From Chrysomallon squamiferum (Eukaryota; Animalia; Mollusca), in the NCBI GenBank assembly GCA_012295275.1, contig CM022671.1, positions 27,652,001-27,716,000 of the forward strand: a stretch of 64,000 nt of DNA, written 5' to 3'. The position numbers and the translations under genes were made by a program. How positions within the stretch are numbered: position 1 is the stretch's first letter; each line of letters starts with the position of its first letter. The notes below the pieces were generated by a model. It was given only the letters and a program-made list of their open reading frames with translations, was not told the DNA's origin and did not search any database. Below, in pieces: positions 55,928 to 64,000 of the stretch.

Positions 55928-58660
55928 GTAAGGCCATCCATCTTTCTTTCTATTTGTCTGTGAGTATTTGATTTTCCTTGATAAAATATTTTACAATCAT
56001 TGACCTTTTAAACCACGGCAGCCAAAGTGTGATCGTCTCTGTCAATTTGCTAGCGGAATCCCGTTCGGTTTGTCGGGAATATATGTGTCACTTTTCACTT
56101 TTGTTCGTTATTGAAAAAACGTTTGCATTCGCCACTAAATATTGTTTCTGAATATCACCTGTTGCTTTCGCGTTTGTTGGGAATGTGCATGACATTTTGA
56201 AAACCCTTGTCAGTTTAAATCGTTTGCTATTTTAACGTGTGCAGAAAATGTGTTACTCCCCTTTATGTCACGGATCAAATTCCAAACATTGCCAATGTAA
56301 GTAGTGATATTCCATGAAATTTTAGATTTAATACGTTTAATCTGAATAGGCTTTTCTTAAAAAATATTTTGAAATGGTTTTTTTTTAATATTTTCTTTTT
56401 TTCTATTTGAAATTTCGAAACTGCTTCCTTTCCTTCGTTCTTTTTTCTTTCGTTCTTTCTTTCTTTCTTTATTTATTTATTTATTTATTTATTTATTCGT
56501 TCATTATATTGTCATTCAGTAGAATTTTATGAGAAAAGCCCAGACTATGGGAAACATTTCATTAAGTAGAACAAAGATTTTCAGGATAAAGGATTACAGG
56601 CAATTTGCTGGTTTTACGTTAACAATTATAATTAGTTTTAATCCGGATTACACGAGCTTATTAAAATCCCATTAGAGTGTACTATAATTAAATATGAAGT
56701 CACATGGCAGGGTTAAATTACATACAACAAAATATTAATCACAGAAAATAAATTGACTTAATAACGATATAAATGATTAATTATTAGAAAAAAAACATTT
56801 AAAAAGAGAAAAAAGAAAAAAAAAGAAGGAACGAAACAAAATCAATTATTTCATTATTAATTCTCATAATATTTTTTTTATTCTCTCTTCTATCATTTCT
56901 TTCACTTTTTACATCCATTTCTTTATATTTTATGTTTGTTTTTCTTTGTCATGGTTTCCTATAGGTAAACATTTTCCCTAGAGTGATGACAGCTAAACCT
57001 TAATTCGCTCTTTAAGCGATCGGCTTAACTTGAACTGGTCATTATTCTTTTCTCTTATCTGACGTTGTCAGTTTATGTTCTTTCCGTTATTCCGGCCGGC
57101 CCTTCAGCTAAAGTATTCTGGCAAGAAGCGCTTTGAATTTCCTTTCCGCCTAATTAAGTCTTTATTGGAAAAACTGTGAAGGAATTCGAACGGTAACTGT
57201 GATTTTCATAATGGGTCTAACTTTGCGTGTCTCACATACCTAGCCTTTGCGTGATACAGTTCGGATTTACCGTTTTCTCCTAGTATGCGTGTATATGACG
57301 GTAAGTACATACATACATCAGTGTGGGATTTGTACGAATGTACGGGTATGTCTGTTTACATGTTGGTAAGCTCTATATTTATATCCATAATTTTGGTATA
57401 TTAATACATTTATGAGCGGTGGTTCCAGAATGTCACTAAAGATGGAAACGTTATTCATTATGAATGTGTCCTATATCGGCTGGCATTAAAACCAGGAATT
57501 GGTAGCTGTTATATTTCTTCGCCCATATCTAGAATAGTATGTGTTTATTATAAATGTATTTCTGTCCGTATTCCAATTATTCATAATTTTGGCTGTCTTG
57601 TTTGTCAGAAAAACATATATATAATATTTCATTAGCCTTAACATACAATTGTGAACTTTTCAAATGTGGCAGGCTGATTCTAAATAATTCAATCACCTGG
57701 TTCAAAACTATAGCATGCTCTACAGTTCAATAACAATAACAACAAGCAACCGATATTGTTTTCCCTGCCTGTCAGCGTTACCCGCTGAATTCCACCTTTG
57801 TGAAGCAAACAAGTCCAGACGAATCCCGGGGTTTTAAGTATGACACGAACAATCGTACACTTGTGTGTATACACATACACACGCCGCAATACAACCAGTA
57901 CCACCACCGTGCCGTCGTACAATACACACACATACATACACGAGTGGGAGATATTTCAAGGTGGGGAAACAGTTAATATTTCTGACCATTTAACCTCACA
58001 CATTCTGGGGTCAGTATTCAATAATGGTTGCGTCATTGTAACGGAATGTTTTGCTTCGTGAGCGGCAGAACTGTCTTAGTGGCTACGACTTTGTCGTCAG
58101 TGAACTAAGGAACTTCAAAGGATAATTCTCGAAGGTGAGACCATTTATTTAGTGTTAAACTTTTCGTGATACCGACTGTGCCGACCGTTTATTAACTCTT
58201 CAGGTACAATGAACGGCCTTTTTATCGAGTATACATACATACATACATGTATGTAGCAGGCTTTTTACTCTTTTGTTTATTAAAATGTACAAGTGCCAGA
58301 GTTACCATAATTATTCTAACGAAAGGCAGAGAACAGTTTCTTTTGTTCAAGTTTGATCTGAAATACAAACATGCGTGTTATTTGTTATCGTAAGTGAGTG
58401 GCTAATGCTATTTAGTTTTGTTTTGTTTCTTGAAATGATAGCCTAAGTTTGAATTATTACGAAAGGTAAGAAGTTATCTACATTATTTAGGCAAAGCTTT
58501 TATTTATTTATATTATTTTGTTTGTTTTGTTTTTATGGGAGTTGTATTTCTGTTCGGTTGAAGAGGTGCATCGTTCAGAAATCCACGTTTTATGGACGAT
58601 TACGTACAATGATTTATAACTTTATATTACTTTGTAAGATAATATATATATATATATAAT

Positions 58661-58745
58661 TTACTAATGGTCCTATTGGCCATTTCCCGTTACAACTAAT
58701 GCTCCTCGACTAGTTTATAAAATATTGCGGGATATGTGTCCTATA
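58661..58745 (-). mobile_element. Fragment of the same decayed SINE-like repeat
   Basis: Reverse-complement similarity to 43105-43161. Confidence 0.5.
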
Positions 58746-59639
58746 ATATTGTATTAACAAAATACGGCCAACATACTGATAGCTTTTAATATTTATTCTT
58801 TAAAACGTCATTAAGCAAATATTTATTCATGAAATTTATTAAGACACTTGTTTTAATTTTCTGATTTTTTCCTTTTAGATATAAGTCAGGGAATTTTTCC
58901 TTTTTATTTAATTATAGTTATTATATTACTTTTTACTTTTTCTTTTCTTTTTTCTTTTTTAAATGAAAAAAAGAAAATAAACAAAAAATCGTAAATTAAT
59001 AAACAAATAAATATTTTATGTAAACAAAAAATGTATAAAAAACGAAAATAAAAAGTAAATGAATGTAAGTAAACAAAATACCATTGTGTGTCTTGCTGAC
59101 ATGGAGTAGATTGTATTTCTTCGTATTCGTCAACGTCGGCAGTTTTCATTATTTATATAAATAAAATAAAATAAAATAAAATAAAATAAAATAAAATAAA
59201 ATAAAATAAATTAATTAAAATAAAATAAATAAGTAATTAGTAAATAACTTAATTAATTACTTTAAAAAAATGATAATAAAGTAGTGAAATTGCTGACAAA
59301 TCTGTAATATAAGTGATAAAGCTATAAATTATAAAATACTTATAATTATTCACATAAATGTATATTCTTAAATTTATTCTAGAATTATATATGAGTTATT
59401 TAGAATTATCAACACATTCTTGTGATTAGACTCGAATCTTATTTATAACTGACGTGAATATGCTGAGTTATTCAGTTTATGCGTATTGTTTAATAATTAT
59501 TAATGACCACAGATTTATAGTTTAGGAAATAGATGAAATTGAACAAACTTGAATCTGGACTAATTCGTAACTGCACATATCAAATCTTAGATTGATTTAG
59601 AACAGTATATACATAATTAATACAGGACGAAATGCAGTT

Positions 59640-59960
59640 AGAATTTTTCAGAGCTATACAAATAAATGCTTATTCAGAGCTGTACAAATGCATGCTTAAT
59701 CATTCAGAGGTTTACCTGTGTACATTTAGTTTTTCAGATATGTACAAATGTACAATTAGATATTCAGAATTGCACAAGGGCATACTTGGTTATTCAAATA
59801 CTCATTCAGAGACAGACATATAAAATGCATCTGTTATTCAGACGTACAGATGTACACGTTTTTACTGAATTATTCAGTTTTATGCCAACACAGACCTGCT
59901 AGGATTTATTAGGAATTTTACAGAGTAGTCTTTCAGAGTTATTCAGACCTGTGCTAGTAT
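59640..59960. repeat. Degenerate 30-bp minisatellite
   Basis: ttcag/ttcaa anchors at 59673, 59703, 59733, 59763 and 59793, with more decayed units on both sides. Confidence 0.75.
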
Positions 59961-62348
59961 AAAGTTTAACCGTGCTTAAAATATATAGGTTCTGAGTTTA
60001 ACCGTTAATATATGGGTATTTAAACTATTGGAAATCAAGCTACGTGTTAACAGTGCTGTCATAACAGTGTAATTAACTCTATACGTAACCTGTTACATAT
60101 GAACAATAATGGCCGACAAAGAGTGGAAAATGAACTTTTTATTATGATTTTATACATGCATTATACGTTATTTACTAAAACATTGGTTTGTATTCTTGAA
60201 GATCGTAACATTATCGGTAATTCTAAATTGGTATTTTGAAATACATTTCTGTCAGTTGTCTATGAAATAGCTTTAAATAATTTTGTTCTTACATAACTTA
60301 GGTATCATGTAAAATATGCTAAAACATTTAGTAAGAGGTTTATGACAACATATGAATATCGATACGCTTTTCTGTTTTATATTTCTTAACAGAATATATT
60401 CTTACGGGTAAGTACTATCATCTTCACCAAAGAACTGTTTAGAATGATTTATGTTTTACCGTTAGAACGTGTCTATGCGTTTTTCCTTCGAATTTTGTCT
60501 GGAAATTATCACACCTGTGTTAGTTATGCAAAAACTAATGGAGAAATGTGACACCTGGTTTTCGTCCAGACAGAAAAACAGTGTACCCATGACATACACC
60601 CGCGTGGGATAATATTTCGTGTGTTTTGCGAAAGGGTTTGTTACCGAATTCCATTAAGCAGATATTTGGAGATCATCCAGTATTTAAGATTGTTTAGCAC
60701 TTTGTTCCCCTTTTTTTTTTTTTTTTCGGCGACATTTTTTGCTCTACTTGTATGAAACGTTTATTACAGAACGACAATGTTTCAGTTTATGGCAGAGTTC
60801 CATAGAGTCCAGCCCGACCTTGTGTTCGTATTGTTACGTACGGCTTTGAAGAGACCAAGAATAAATAATAAAAAATGGTAGATTATTACCTGTCTGTAGT
60901 AGTAGTAGATAAATCAGTGAATTATGATACAGTGTTTAGTTTCAGTCGGTTTGGTTTTGGGTTATGATTTCTTTTTTTTTCTTCTTCTCTTTATTCATTT
61001 TAAAATAGTACTTGTTGTTACTTATGTTTCTTACTTTCATTGTAATTTGTAAAATGTTTTATGTAAATGTAATATTTTTTGTTATTTTACATGTACCAAA
61101 TATTTTTTACATTAGTAATACAATATTTCGAAACATTAAAATACAAAAATTATTTATGCTATAATTCATGCCGGTGTTTTTTTTTTGGGGGGGGTAAGAA
61201 TAATTTTATTGATTTTTTTTAACTACCTTCTATCGAATACCCAAAAAAAACCTAAAACATTCATAGCAAATAACAAACGTCAACCGGGGAAAAAAAAGAG
61301 GTAAAGACACGCTTCTAAATAAAAACAAATGCCCTGACCACAAAATAATCTCTTTCAGTCTTAACTTAATATTCAGAGCTAAAAATAATCGATATAAATC
61401 CACGTACAGATATACTCTACTTCATTTATAGTATTTCATATTGGCCATTTTGGCTAAATATAAACTGTTACGTCTGAATATTTCACTTAATGCTAAAAGA
61501 TTAACTGTTGCGGCAAAATGCGTAAACGTTGCTAGGATCACGTTTATTAGGGTATAACCGGTAATCGTTGAAGGCGTTGAATGATTTCAGTGTGTGAATA
61601 ATACGTGTTGCTGATTTGTTTCCTATCACACTACACCAGAATGGCTGCACTTTCCCCACAGGTTATACGAGTATTTTTATCTTTTCATTTATATAGTTTT
61701 TATTAAATATATGCTTTATTATTTATTTATATATTCATTCATTTATTCATTCATTCATTCATTCATTTATTTTAACTATTGACTTTTTGTTTTATCTCAC
61801 AATCTTTGTTTTCTCATTTTGGTTTTCGTTATGATGTGTGTTGTGTGTGTGTATATATATATATATAGGGGAAAATTCGAGTTGATGGTATAAATATATT
61901 ACCTTCTAATAATAAGATAAAGTGGGATTTAAAAAGTTAAAGTAATTGGGAAAACGTTTCAAAATTCTGCTATATGTATAGATATAAACATCTATAAATA
62001 TTTTTCTTTGTTTATATTTACGTTTAATTTAAAAAATGTTTTTTTTATTATATATATATTTATTTTTATATTTTTTTTTTTATTATTATTATTATTATTT
62101 TTTATTATTGGAATTTTTTTTTGGAATATTATACTTTATTTTAAAATACTGTATATTATTGTTCGTCTCCACCTTTCAGTACATTACAACTTCACATCGG
62201 AAAGATTCAAGCGAAAATATTTAAAACATTTTATTTGAAAAATAATTAAAGTATTCAAATACCCTCATATAGCTAATTGCCCTTGTTTGAAAAATTAGTT
62301 TTAAAAACATAAAAGCTGAGAATGCATCTTCTCATGTTAAACAAATAA

Positions 62349-62379
<31 letters not shown>

Positions 62380-63858
62380 AATAATAATAATAATAATTAA
62401 AAATAATAATTAAATAATAATTTAAAAAAAGCTTTAAATAATGCAATGTAAAAACAGTTATGTAACTACCACTGTAAACTCACACCGTTATCTGTTAACT
62501 AATATAGGAATTCTCTGACACTTTAGCAGTAATCTACGTGACTAGCGAAGTAAAGCCGTATTATCTCAGTTAAAAGCAAAGACTGTGGTTTAATTGTGAA
62601 AATCATTAGGATGCATTGTACCCGCGTTCGCCCCAGGTACTCTTGTGTACAAATGAACAGTGGTGGTTGGTGAACAAACACTTGGATATATGTTTAATAT
62701 TAAGCACCACACGTTATTCTTTTGAAACACCGGTGTCACACACAAAGGCTTTTCTTAACGTTCTGCATGGCTTATTCTTTTCGATCATTGTTTGTTTAAA
62801 CCTAAGTGATTAGTACTGGAGTGCCGTAGAAACACAAGCGATCGTCTTTTTATTGTAGTTTATTTTAATGAATGAAATTTTAATTTCAAACGAAGGTCAG
62901 TACAACAATGTGAAATACTGCAAAAATAATTTGTAGACAGTTGTTATTATTGACATTAGTATATGCTAATTAATTTTCCAAATTTAATATCAGCATAAAA
63001 TTATAGCTAAACATGGAGATGATGGCACTGACTTGTTTGCTTTGGTATTAACCTGTTACTTATTATAACGAATCTGACGATACTTTTAATAATATTTTAT
63101 TTCTGTCTAGATACAGGACTTGTTTGTTTCTTTTATTTATGAATTCCTTTTTCTTTTGATAATTTTATGGTATATTTTATCTAATGGTATTTAAAGTCAG
63201 TGTCTACTTTAGTATAATGTAGTGCATGATGATTTTATATCTCACACACACACACATACACGCACGCACGCACACACACACACACACGTACACACATATG
63301 CTAATGTAAATGTTGGGAACCAGTGTATTATTCAAGAGTCATTAATATTTTTTGTTTTGTTTTAAATGCTGATTTATATATATCAGTTTGTATAATAGGA
63401 CTTCAGAGTCACTGATCCAGATCTGCTTGCTATTGCAGCATGAAGGACATCAAAGTATCCCGACACAGAATTAAGTTAAATACATTAGCCACTTGACTTT
63501 GCAGTGATGGGGTTCGACTGGTAATCTCATTAACCAAGTTTTGTGTAGGTTTCTGAACAATCAGCTGGAAGTTGTGTTGTTTTAGCGGCTCCATACAGCC
63601 ATGTTTCAACCGATACGTCAAGCTCAGGGAAAAAACCTCCAACATATTATGAATCCATATTTAACCGTTATTCTATTTACTTTTTTTCAGAAAGGGTTGA
63701 ATGCATAGATATCTCTAAAACTGATCGAATACTTTCACATTTTAGTACTTGGCTGCAGTCTTTTAAGTAATAATAATATATTAAACATTGTAACTCTTAT
63801 ACCTGAAAGTCATTATAGCACATTTGACTGATATGTTATTTTAACTCTGTGTTTTCAG

Positions 63859-64000
63859 ATCGCTAGGCAGTGGTCTCGACAAGACTGTATGCAGCACCAG
63901 GAAGTTCTCACTGACAATGGAAGCGAATGGCCAAGGTGTTAATGTTGACGAGGTTGATACGAGTGCTGGTTCACATATCAACATGGAAAAAATAAGCACG
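63859..64000 (+). CDS. GAS2L1: GAS2-like protein, next exon (runs off the window end)
   Basis: ttttcag acceptor, phase 2 compatible; open frame (R)SLGSGLDKTVCSTRKFSLTMEANGQGVNVDEVDTSAGSHINMEKIST to the end. Confidence 0.8.

Noticed and set aside
59632-59823. ORF with 10-aa periodicity (YSELYKCMLN...)
   Set aside because: Explained by the underlying 30-bp minisatellite; no compatible splice sites found.

Overview
AT-rich, microsatellite-dense animal genomic DNA with spliceosomal GT-AG introns; the repeat content suggests an invertebrate, probably a gastropod mollusc (inference only). Three genes can be reconstructed with consistent splice phases. (1) The last four coding exons of VMP1 on + (128-1747). 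(2) A complete five-exon, 219-aa secreted group III (bee-venom-type) phospholipase A2 on - (10591-8074), with signal peptide, propeptide, a dibasic cleavage site and intact catalytic motifs. (3) A GAS2-like (GAS2L1/2-type) CH+GAR actin-microtubule cross-linker on +, from 14483 to beyond the window end, with a 36.8-kb intron between the CH and GAR exons. The most unusual signals lie in that intron: all long (AG)n tracts are in its 5' part and all long (CT)n tracts in its 3' part (a possible pre-mRNA fold-back scaffold), there is a candidate nested antisense coding exon, and there are clusters of MITF/TFE E-box and RFX X-box-like motifs. CpG is sharply depleted downstream of VMP1 and retained from the PLA2 5' region onward. 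No rRNA, tRNA, CRISPR array or intact transposon was found, and most of the supplied ORFs are microsatellite or antisense artefacts.
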